A DNA stretch of 20,000 nucleotides from the NCBI RefSeq assembly GCF_004010195.1, contig NC_057718.1:6815267-6835266 (forward strand). The letters run 5' to 3'. The notes beneath the pieces are model-generated. The model made no database searches, had not been told where the DNA came from, and was given only the letters and a program-made list of their open reading frames with translations. The stretch is from Chiloscyllium plagiosum. Lineage: Eukaryota. Below, piece by piece: positions 9,641 through 19,694 of this stretch (the first letter of the stretch is position 1; each line of letters starts with the position of its first letter). A program made the translations under genes and the position numbers.

Positions 9641-11186
9641 GTGAACCCAGCTATGTAGGTGACACCCAGTGTAGAAACCTACTGAGATCCCACGACTGAA
9701 GGGTCAAGAATCAGTGGTGACTTTGAGAGCTGCTGACAAAGCAATGCCTCCCTGGTCCAGGAGGAGACAGCTTCTCAAGGAGCAGACAGTCTTTCTGGCA
9801 AAGTGCCACCTCCTCATACATTGGTCCTCAGAAACTTCCAAGAAAATAGACCGTAATCTTGGTAATGAGGAAGGCAAGTGGAATATTGGTCTTTATTTCA
9901 AAGGGGTGGAGTTTAAAAGAAGGGAGGTTTTGCTAAAACTATGTACAGCTCTAGTCAGATCATATACTGTGATCAGATTTGGGCCCTTTATCTAATGGTG
10001 TTGGAACCAATCAAGAGAAGGTTCACTGGGCTGATACCAGACATGGAGGTTCTGCCTTATGAGGAGGGGTTCACTAGATTGGGCCTATACTTGTTGGAAT
10101 GTAGAAGAATGAGAGGCAACCGTATTGAAACATACAAGGTTCTTAGAGGACTTGACAGAGTAGATATGAAAAGGTTGTTTCCCCTTGAGGAAGAGTTTTG
10201 GACCAGACGGAATAACTTCAGAATAAGAAGTCACACATTTAATTTGATTTAGTTTATTATTGTCATGCATACTGAGATATAGTGAAAAGTATTGTGTTGT
10301 GTGCTATCGGAGCAAACCATGCTTTATTTATCAGGATATTAAAACAGAATGCAGAATATCATGTTACAACTACAGAGAAGGTGCAGAGAGGGACCAACTC
10401 TAATATATGAGAGGTCTGTTCCTAAGTCTGAAAACTGCTAGGAAGAAGCTGTTCTTCAATCTGTTGGCATGTGTTTTCAAACTTTTATATCTTCTGCCCA
10501 ATGGAAGAGGGTGGAAGAGATTATAACTGGGGTGGGAGGGGTCTTTAATTATATTGGCTGCTTTCCCGAGGCAGTGAGAAGTGTAGATGGAGTCAGTGGT
10601 GGGGAGGCTGGTTTGTGTGATGGACTGGGCTGTGTTCACAACTCTCTGTAATATCTTGTGGTCTTGAGCACAGCAGTTGCTATATCGATCCGTGATGCAC
10701 CCAGATAGGATACTTCCTATGGTGCATCGATAAAAATAGGCAAGAGTCATTGTGGAGATGTTGGATTTCCTTAGCCTTCTGCGAAAGTAAAGGCATTGAT
10801 GTGGATTCTTGACAAAGGCATCAACGTAGATTGACCAGGACAGAATGTTGGAGCTATTAACTCCTAGGGACTCAATGCTGTCAACCACCCCCACCTCAAC
10901 ACCATTGATACAGACAAGGCCATGTCCCCCACCACGCTTCCTGAAGCTGATGACCAGCTCCTTTGTTTTGCTGATGTTGGGGGAGAGATTGTTGCCTTTA
11001 CACTGTACCAATAAGCACTCCATATCTTTCCTGTAGTATGTCCTGTTGTTTGAGATTTGACCCACTACAGTGATATCATCAGCAATTTGTAAGTGGAGTT
11101 AGAGCTGAATTTGACCACACAGTTGTGAGTATATAAAGAGTACAGCAAGGGGCTGAATACACAGCTTTGTGGGGCATCGGTGTTGA

Positions 11187-11402
11187 AAAGTGTGGCGCTG
11201 GAAAAGCATAGCCGGTCAAGCAGCATCCAACGAGCAGGAGAGTCGACGTTTCAGGAATAAACTCTTCATCAGGAATAATGAAGGGTTTATGCCTGAAACG
11301 TTGATTGTCCTGCTCCTCAGATGCTGCCTGACCTGCTGTGCTTTTCCAGTGCCACACTTTTCGACTCTGATCTCCAGCATCTGCAGTCCTCACTTTCTCC
11401 TA
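11187..11402. mobile_element. Head-to-head (hairpin) Penelope-like pLTR element with ~15 bp TSD
   Basis: 85 bp inverted arms 11185-11269 and 11278-11362. Flanks gggcatcggtgttga (11172-11186) and gggcactggtgttga (11403-11417). Confidence 0.8.
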
Positions 11403-12296
11403 GGGCACTGGTGTTGAGGTTATCGTGCGGTCTGTGGGTCAGGAAGTCGATGATCCAGTTGCAGAGGAGGGGGGCAGAGTCTTCGGTCTCAGTGTTTGGT
11501 TTGAGTTTGGTTGAGATTATGGTGTTGGGCAGAGCTAAAGTCAATAAATAGGAGTCTGCAGTAGGTTATCCAAATGCTCCAGGGATGAATATTGGGCCTG
11601 GGAGATGGTGTCTGCCAGGGATCTGTAATTGTAGGTCAATTGTAGTGGGTCAAGGTAATCTCGGAGACTGGAGTTTGATGTGTGCCATTACTGACCTCTG
11701 AAAGCACTTCATAACAATGGATGTCAAAGTCACTGGGCGGTCGTCATTCAGGCACGCTGCCTGATTTTCCTTTGGCACCAGGATGATAGTGGTCATCTTG
11801 AGGGATATGGGAACCTCATATCAGGGTGAGGAGAGATTAAAGATATCTGCAAATCCTCTCACCAGCTGGTGCATACAGGCTCTGAGTTCACAGTCAGGGA
11901 CTCCAGCTGGGCCAGTCACTGTCCATGGGTTCACCCTTGAGAAGGCTGATCTGATGGCTGTGGTGGTGACGGTGGGTACGTGGGCTCCCGAGGGAAGGTG
12001 ACATTACTTCACTGACCTTCTGTTCCAATGAGGACAGAATGCATCCAGCTCATCGGGGAGGGATGGATTGTTGCCAGCGATTCTAATTGACTGCGCTCTG
12101 TAGCTCGTTAAACCATGTAAGCCTTGCCACAGTCGATGGGTGTTTCTCTGGTTAGTCAAGGACTCTGGTTTAGTCTGGGATTGCATCTGAGCATGCCTGA
12201 TGGCCTTGTGAAGGTCATACTTGGATTTTCCGTATAGGTTAGGGACACCCAACCTGAACACCTCAAACCTGAACTTCAGTAGGGTGTGGATTTCCC

Positions 12297-12601
12297 AGAT
12301 TTAGATTAGATTAGATGCCCTACAGTGTGTGGAAACAGGCCCTTCAGCCCAACCAGTACACACCGACCCTCCGAAGAGTAACCCACCCAGACCCATTTCC
12401 ATCTGACTAATGCACCTAAAACAATGGGCAATTTGGCACGACCAATTCACCTGACCTGCTCATCTTTGGACTATGGGAGAAACCCATGCAGACACGGAGA
12501 ATGTGCAAACTCCACACAGATAGTCACCGGAGGCTGGAATTGAACCTGGGATCCTGGTGCTGTGAGGCAGCAGTGCTAACCACTGAGCCACTGTGCCACC
12601 C
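12297..12601 (-). mobile_element. HE1-type SINE inserted in Rex1
   Basis: Reverse complement of head (gtgctaaccactgagccactgtgccaccc), core (gaatgtgcaaactcc) and (AGATT)n tail. Confidence 0.9.
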
Positions 12602-12926
12602 TTCATCCAGAGTTCATCCATGGTTTCCTGTTGGAGAATACTCAGATTGATTTCTTTGTTGCGCAGTCCTCTACACACTGACTGATGAACTCTGTGACGG
12701 TAGTGGCATATTCATTTAGGTTGGTTGATGAGTTCTTGACTACGAACCAGTCCACCGACTCCAAGCAGTCATATAAAAGCTTATCCATGTCTGACTTTCA
12801 GACAGAGATGAAGAGAAATTGCTTCTTTCAGGGGACAATGCATCTGTAGAATTCTTTACCACAGAGAGCTGTTAGGCTGGGTCGTAAAGGGTTATGAGGA
12901 TAAGATACGAACATATACTTAAGGAT

Positions 12927-13233
12927 AATCATAGAATAGAATCCTTATAGTGTGGAAACAGACCATTCGGTCCATGCTGACGCTCCAGAGAGCAGCCCGA
13001 TCACCCTACCCTGTCTTTCCATGGCTAATGCACTTAACCTACACATCCCTGGGCACTATGGGCAATTTCCCATGGCCAATCTACCTAACCTACATATCTT
13101 TGGACTGTGGGAGGAAACTGGAGCACCCACATAGACATGAAGAGAACATGCAGTCACACAGACAGTCACCTGAGGGTGGAATCGAACCTGGGTCTTTGGT
13201 GCTGTAAGGCAGCAGTGCTAAACACTGAGCCAT
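12927..13233 (-). mobile_element. HE1-type SINE inserted in the CR1 3' end
   Basis: ggaatcgaacc B box, gtgctaaacactgagcca A box, tail aatcatagaat...gtgtggaaacag. Confidence 0.85.
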
Positions 13234-13528
13234 CTGATTATAACCACTAGTGAGCTATGATCTTATTAAATGGCAGAGCAGACTCAATGTGTCGAGTGGT
13301 CTGCTTCAGCTACAACATTGTATGGTCTTATGGTGGATGACAATCAAGTACAATCAGCAGTTACAAACCTGAGCACTCACTCACTAACTCTCACTTGTTC
13401 ACAGCAAAGCTGTTCATGTTTTAATGTTTCAGAGTTTGCTCTCTTCTCTTGGTAGCTGGGATGTTCTCAATGAATGGGTCCATATAGAATAGTTAGTGAT
13501 CCAGTGATAAGTGTTCCTAATGACGAAT

Positions 13529-14330
13529 ACTGGGGTATACGACCAATATAATAATGATGGGGAGTTAATAAATTGTGAACAGAACCATGAAGTGCAAAGG
13601 AAAGTGATATATATATAAGTTTGGGATCATGTTTGGCATGGACTGGTTAGAGCGATGGGTCTGTTTTCGTGTTGTATGACTCTATGTTCTTTTTGACTTC
13701 TAGATTTCACTCACTTAATCAAACCTGTTTTACATTATATCCTTATTAAATACTTCTCAGAAGTTATTTGCTTTCTAAAAAAAAAAATCAGTCCATGGAA
13801 CTATCTCTCCCGCAGTCCTGAGGCAACTGTCCTATAGGATGTTCTGAAGAAGAGTCACTGGACCCAAAACGTTCGCTCTGCTTTCTCTCCACTGATGCTG
13901 CCAGACCTGCTGAGCTTTTCTAGCAATTTCTGATTTTGTCCAAGAAGTTATGCGAGGCTTGGGTTTTTTTTAAAGCAAGTAAAATTCTGAAAAGTATTTA
14001 GTAAAGATAGAATGTAAAAAAGGTTTGATTAAGTGAGTGAAATCAAGAAATCAAAAGGAACATAGAGTCATAGAGTCATAGAAACTGGGGTATAAAACCA
14101 ATAAAATAATGATGGGGAGTTAATAAATTGCAAATAGCACCACAGTACAAAGGAAAGTGAGATATATATGAGTTTGGGATTATGTTTGGCATGGAAACAG
14201 GCCCTTTGTTCCAACCAGTCCATGCCAAACATAATCCCAAACTCATCATATATCTCGCTTTTCTTTGCATTAATGGTTCTATTTGCAGTGTATTAACTCC
14301 CCATCTTTATTGTATTGGCCTTAGACCCCA
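13529..14330. repeat. Complex inverted duplication A-B-C-spacer-C'-A-B'-A'
   Basis: A 13529-13642, direct copy 14084-14195, inverted copy 14219-14330. C 13675-13787 is inverted at 13964-14072. Perfect inverted blocks of 24 bp (13703-13726 / 14021-14044) and 28 bp (14168-14195 / 14219-14246). Confidence 0.9.
13842..13940 (+). mobile_element. Older Penelope-like pLTR fragment in the inverted-repeat spacer
   Basis: CTGAAGA-A-GAGTC-actg-GACCC-aAAA-CGTT followed by gatgctgccagacctgctgagcttttctagc. Confidence 0.6.
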
Positions 14331-14476
14331 TCATTCACAACTATGTCCACTGCTGCCTGGACACTAAGCTTGGGTACTCTCATTTCCACACCTCTCCATC
14401 TCTCTATCTCTCCGTCCACATGAACACACTCCTTAAAACTTACCACTTTGATGAAAGCTTTGGTCACCTAATCTAA

Positions 14477-15660
14477 TGATGACACAAAAAGTGGGGGTAA
14501 TATTGAGGATGGTGTCAGGCTACAGTCTGAGATTGATCAGCTGGTAATTTGGGCAGAGCAATGGCAGTTGGACTTTCCCCTGATAAATGCAAGGTGATGC
14601 ATTTTGGGAGGTCTAATAAGGAAAGGATATACAAAATGAATGATAGATCCCTAGGGAGTATTGAGGAACAAAGGGACCTTGGTGTACAAATCCATAGATC
14701 CCTGAAGGTGTCAACACAAGTAGTCAGGGTAGGAAAGGAGGCATATGGGATGCTTCCCTTCATTAGCCAGGTATACATTATCAGAGCAAGGAAATCTTGT
14801 TACAAATTTATAGAACATTAGCTTGGTCACAGATGGAATCCCGTATACAGTTCTGATCACCGCACTACATCATAGCACTGTAGAGGGTGCAGAGGAGATT
14901 CACCAGGATATTGCCTGGGCTGAAAAGTCTCAGTTATGAAGAGAGGCTGGATAGGCTGGGTTTGTTTTCCCTGGAGCAGAGGAGCCTGAGGGTGGGTCTG
15001 ATCAAGGTGTACAAAATTATGACAGGATAGGCAAGCATGTCTAAGACCAGAGAGTAGGAGTTGAAGTTGAGGAGTAAGTGTTTTAGAGAGGACCTGAGAA
15101 GGATTTTTTTTTTCCTCAGAGGGTGGTAAAGATATGGAAGGTGCTGCCTGAGAGGGTGGTGGAGGCAGGTATTTCTCAGCATTGAAGAAGCATCGGGATG
15201 AACACTTAAATGCCAGACCACGGTAGGCTATGGACCAAATGCAGGTTAACAGGATTAGTGGAGAATAAATGCTTATTGTTGAAAGGTGTGGTGCTCGAAA
15301 AACACAGCCAGTCAGGCAGCATCCAAGGAGCAGGAGAGTCGACATTTCAGACATAAGCCCTTCATCAGGAATGAGGCTTGTGGGCCAAGGCGGCTGAGAG
15401 ATAAATGGGAGGGGGCTCCGACTGGAGGAAAAGTAGCGGAGAATGTGATAGTTAGATGAAGATGGGGTTGGGGGGGGGGGAGGGAGGTGGTGATAGGTCA
15501 GAGAGGAATGTGCAGCAGATGGACAGATAAGACCATTCAAGACGGCTCCCAGGTCATCTCCTTAGCCCTGAAACTCTTCAGCAAAGCCTTGATGTTTGTT
15601 GGTCAGCATAGACATGGTGGGCTGAAAGGCCTGCTTCCACGCTGAATGAGTCTCCATGAC
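14477..15660 (+). mobile_element. CR1 LINE, 5' truncated at the DDTK motif, degenerate
   Basis: DDTK, PDKCKVMHFGRSN, EEQRDLGVQIHRSLKV, SYEERLDRLGLFSLEQRSLR, and 3' UTR gacatggtgggctgaaaggcctg. Confidence 0.85.
15278..15545 (-). mobile_element. Penelope-like 3'/pLTR fragment inserted in the CR1 3' UTR
   Basis: Minus-strand CTGATGA-A-GGGC-ttat-GTCT-GAAA-tGTC (15341-15368) with C-rich leader and family body. Confidence 0.7.
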
Positions 15661-15932
15661 GAACATTCGGTTTGGATCTTAGTGCCAAATTTTGCTTTAA
15701 TGCATCTGTGTAACACCATGGGATAGTTCATTACTTCAAGGGCACTGTATAATGTTGTTGTTGACTGCATTTTCAGGAAGTAGATTGAAGAGTGACCAGA
15801 TCAAGGTGTTTAAAGTGTTAAAACGATTTAAAAGGCTTGTCAAAAAGGAGTTATTTTCTCTGATGTGGTGGGGGTGGGGAAGAGAAGAACAAAAGGACAT
15901 AACCCTGAAATTGCCCTCTCAGCAGTGAGAAA

Positions 15933-18747
15933 TACAATAGACAATAGGTGCGGGAGTAGGCCATTCTGTCCTTCGAGCCAGCTCCACCATTCAGTATGGT
16001 CATGGCTGATCATCCACAATCAGCATCCTGTTCCTGCCTTATCCCCATAACCCTCAATTCCACTATCCTTTAGAGCTCTATCCAACTCTTTCTTGAAAGT
16101 ATCCAGAGACTTGGCCTCCACAGCCTTCTGGGGCAGAGCATTCCACACACCCACCACTCTCTGGGTGAAGAAGTTTCTCCTCAACTCTGTTCTAAGTGGC
16201 CTACCCCTTATTTTTAAACTGTGTCCTCTGGTTCGGGACTCACCCATCAGCGGAAACATGCTTCCTGCTTCCAGAGTGTCCGATCCTTTAATAATCTCAT
16301 ACATCTCAATCAGATCCCCTCTCAGCCTTCTAAACTCAAGCGTATACAAGCCCAGTCGCTCCAATCTTTCAGCGTAAGATAGTCCCACCATTCCAGGAAT
16401 TGACTTCATGAACCTACACTGCACTCCCTCAGTAGCCAGAATGTCTTTTCTCAAATTTGGAGATCAAAACTGCACACAATATTCCAGCTGCGGTCTCACC
16501 AGGGCCCTGTACAGCTGCAGAAGGACCTCTTTGCTCCTATACTCAATTCCTCTTATTACGAAGGCCAGCATGCCATTAGCTTTCTTCACTGCCTGCTGTA
16601 CCTGCATGCTCGCTTTCATTGACTGATGTACAAGAACACCTAGGTCTTGTTGTACTGCCCCTTTACATAACTTGACTCCATTTAGGTAGTAATCTGCCTT
16701 CTTGTTCTTGCCACCAAAGTGGATAACCACACATTTATCCACATTAAACTGCATCTGCCATGCATCCGTCCACTCACCCAGTCTGTCCAGGTCACCCTGT
16801 ATTCTCCTAACATCTTCCTCACATTTCACCCTGCCACTCAGCTTTGTGTCATCAGTAAATTTGATAATATTACTTTTAATACCTTCATCTATATCATTAA
16901 TGTACATTGTAAAAAGCTGCGGTCCCAGCACTGATCCCTGCAATACCCTACTGGTCACCGCCTGTCATTCCGAAAGGAAGCCATTTATCACTACTCTTTG
17001 TTTCCTGTCAGCCAACCAATTTTCAATCCATGTCAGTATTTTGCCCCTAATACCATGTGCCCTAACTTTGCTCACTAATCTCCTATGTGGGACTTTATCA
17101 AAGGCTTTCGGAAAGGCCAGGTATACTGCATCCACTGAATCTCCCTTGTCCATCTTCAGAGTTAAATCCTCAAAAAATTCCAGAAGATTAGCCAAGCATG
17201 ATTTCCCCTTCATAAATCCATGCTGACTCTGATCTATCCTGTTACTAATATCCAGATGTGTTGTAATTTCATCCTTTATAATAGACTCCAGCATCTTTCC
17301 CACCACTGTGGTCAGACTAACTGGTCTATAATTCCCTGTTTTCTCTCTCCCTCCTTTCTTTAAAAGTGGGACAACATTAGCCACCCTCCAATCCGCAGGA
17401 ACTGATCCTGAATCTATAGAACATTGGAAAATGATCACAAATGCATCCACGATTTCTAGAGCACCTCCTTCAGTACCCTGGGATGCAGACCATCAGGTCC
17501 CGGGGACTTATCAGCCTTCAGACCTAACAGTCTCTCCAACACCAATTCCTGGCAAATATAAATTCCCTTCAGTTCAGGTCCTTNNNNNNNNNNNNNNNNN
17601 NNNNNNNNNNNNNNNNNNNNNNNNNNNNNNNNNNNNNNNNNNNNNNNNNNNNNNNNNNNNNNNNNNNNNNNNNNNNNNNNNNNNNNNNNNNNNNNNNNNN
17701 NNNNNNNNNNNNNNNNNNNNNNNNNNNNNNNNNNNNNNNNNNNNNNNNNNNNNNNNNNNNNNNNNNNNNNNNNNNNNNNNNNNNNNNNNNNNNNNNNNNN
17801 NNNNNNNNNNNNNNNNNNNNNNNNNNNNNNNNNNNNNNNNNNNNNNNNNNNNNNNNNNNNNNNNNNNNNNNTTCCCTTATTCAACTGAAATATTGTCACT
17901 TGCGAATCTACCCTCTCCCTCTCAAACTGCAGATTGAAGCTTATTGTATTGTGGTCACTACCTCCTAATGGCTCCTTTACCTCGAGGTTCCTGATCAAAT
18001 CCGGTTTGTTGCACATCACCAGATCCAGAATTGCCTTCTCCCTGGTCGGCTCCAGCACAAGATGTTCTAAGAATCCATCTCAGAGGCACTCCACAAACTC
18101 CCTTTCTTGGGGTCCAGTACCATCCTGATTCTCCCAGTCTACCTGCATGTTGAAATCCCCCATAACAACTGTAGTAATATCTTTGCGACAGGCCAATTTC
18201 AGCTCCTTATTCAATTTATACCCTACATCCAGGCTACTGTTTGGGGGCCTGTAGATAACTCCCATGAGGGCCTTTCTACCCTTAGAATTTCTCAGCTCTA
18301 TCCATACTGACTCTACATCCCCTGGTTCTAGGTCCCCCCACGCAAGGGACTGAATATCATCCCTTACCAATATGGCCACCCACCCCCTCTGCCCGTCGGT
18401 CTGTCCTTACGATAGCACGTTTGCTTTGAATATTCATTTCCCAGGCCCTGTCCACTTGAAGCCACATCTCCGTTATCCCCACAACATCGTAACTGCCAAT
18501 TTCCAAATGAGCCTCAAGCTCATCCACCTTATTTCTAATGCTTCGTGCATTCATATATAATATTTTTATTTGTTACCCCCCTACCCTTCCTATCAATCCC
18601 TATTTCACTTGACCTTATGGCATGATCCTTTTTTGAGTTTTCTGCTCCATTGATTCTGTTATCTTTCTTGACTTCTCTTGTTCTAACTTACCCTTTAACT
18701 TCCTTCATAAACTTCCAGTTTGTCCCCTCCCGCTCTGCTATTCCGCT
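15933..18747 (-). mobile_element. Young HER1/CR1 LINE, near-complete ORF2 (APE endonuclease plus RT), disabled, ORF1 absent
   Basis: NARSIRNK, VGITEMW, GVIYRPP, MGDFN, ILDLV, SDHN (APE). KSPGPDG, NYRPVSL, QHGF, KAFDKVPH, QGSVLGP, FTDDTK (RT). Stops at ~18080, ~16965 and ~16464, frameshifts at ~18370-18420 and ~17460. Tail (TGTCTAT). Confidence 0.95.
17584..17871. other. Assembly gap (288 N) inside the young CR1
   Basis: Run of N. Confidence 0.99.
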
Positions 18748-19156
18748 ATACACGGAATGTTTCAGGCCAATGGAAATCGGGAGAAATCTCCAGTCCCCCG
18801 CCCCCACGCCGCCCACCCCACCCCCCTCCAGCAGCCAAAAGTTTAGACCATCAGCTGTCAAGACTGAGAGGGACAGATTTTGATCACTGAGATCATCAAG
18901 GACTATGATGTAAAGGCTGAAAGTGAAGTTGTGGTGCAGATCAGGCACGTGTTATATCGTGAAAGCTCAGGGTCAGAGAGTTGAATTCCTTCCTCTATTT
19001 CTTTGTTCCAAATAAAAATTGGATATCTGAGGAGCAGGCTGTAAGAGCAGAGTTTGAATAAGAAATCCATCCCTGCATTCCCTGCATATTTGGTTAAGTG
19101 AAGCCTGCTCTTAGTTATTGGACAGCCTGACATTTTATCACCTTCCTCATTGACAG

Positions 19157-19300
19157 GCTATTATCTTCCAACAATACAAGCTCAGAAATCTGCGGATTAA
19201 AGGAAGAGGTTGGACAGAGGTTGAGGAACTTGGGAAACATCTCAACAAACTCAGCCATGAGACATGCTGTTGCTGCTGGAAATATTCTGTGTTTGATTGA
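19157..19300 (+). CDS. Candidate terminal coding exon AIIFQQYKLRNLRIKGRGWTEVEELGKHLNKLSHETCCCCWKYSVFD*
   Basis: Branch-point-like CCTGAC (19126-19131), pyrimidine tract, acceptor ccttcctcattgacAG|G, 47 open codons in phase 0 to TGA. The sequence is non-repetitive. Confidence 0.45.
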   Translation, partial: AIIFQQYKLRNLRIKGRGWTEVEELGKHLNKLSHETCCCCWKYSVFD

Positions 19301-19524
19301 CTGATCAGGCAGCATTATCTAAAAATAGGGCCAGTTCTTCCCGCTGTTTAATCAGTATTGTAAACCAGATAATTTGTATAGACGCAATGGGCCAAAGGAC
19401 CTCTACTATACTGCATGATTCCATTTGTACAGGGATCTGGGGTGGGTGCAGATTTGGTTTAGCTTTGCCTGGACAGACTCAACACCCCAAAGGACCTCTT
19501 CTGTACTGTATCATTCAATGATCT

Positions 19525-19685
19525 AGTCACCGTCATATTGTTATTTCAGGGAGCTGCTGTGTACACACATGTTGCAATTTTTCTTGAATTAAACTAGTGG
19601 CTGCACTTCAAAAGTGAATCAGTGTGACTTGGGATTTCCTGAGGAAGTGAAGGCCACATATAAATGCCCACGCTTTCTTCCTTCT
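19525..19685 (+). mobile_element. Degenerate 3' part of a Deu-domain (SacSINE1-like) SINE
   Basis: cacttcaaaagt...cttgggatttcctgaggaagtgaaggccacatataaatgc..ctttctt resembles the L2-derived tail of these SINEs. Confidence 0.5.
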
Positions 19686-19694
19686 CTTCATCTA

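Larger units (their letters stand above)
10243..12800 (-). mobile_element. Rex1/Babar-clade LINE, 5' truncated and disabled
   Basis: ORF 10400-11065: NISKTKELVISFRK, FYRCTIGSILSGCIT, KAANIIKDPSHP, GRRYKSL..RLKNSFF. Upstream RT motifs LDPLQ and RLWQGLHGLTSY. 3' end AATAAA plus aaatcaaa on the minus strand. Confidence 0.85.
9861..13334 (+). mobile_element. CR1 LINE 3' part in three pieces (9861-10242, 12801-12905, 13253-13334)
   Basis: RRFTGLIPDM..LPYEE..RRMRGNRIETYKVLRGLDRVD..RSHTF resumes as TEMKRN after the Rex1 insertion, and the tail tgtatggtcttatggt follows the SINE. Confidence 0.75.
14381..15764 (+). mobile_element. L2 LINE 3' end split by a CR1 insertion (14381-14476 and 15668-15764)
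   Basis: ctccttaaaacttaccactttgatgaaagctttggtcacc (LLKTYHFD-like end), and later aagggcactgtataatgttgttgttg, an L2-type tail. Confidence 0.5.
15789..19010 (+). mobile_element. Old CR1 3' fragment split by the young CR1 (15789-15932 and ~18753-19010)
   Basis: DQIKVFKVLK..RTKGHNPEI before the insertion. KTERDRF and a degenerate 3' UTR (cagatcaggcacg) after it. Confidence 0.5.

Noticed and set aside
10400..11065. 221 aa ORF as a host or domesticated gene
   Set aside because: It is the Rex1/Babar RT C-terminus with conserved residues lost and upstream frames broken.
16093..18560. Plus-strand ORFs over the young CR1
   Set aside because: Antisense shadows of LINE ORF2. One of them spans the N gap.
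18794..18830. C-run tract with G-quadruplex potential on the minus strand (also G runs at 15464-15490)
   Set aside because: Low-complexity expansions inside old repeats with no evidence of function.
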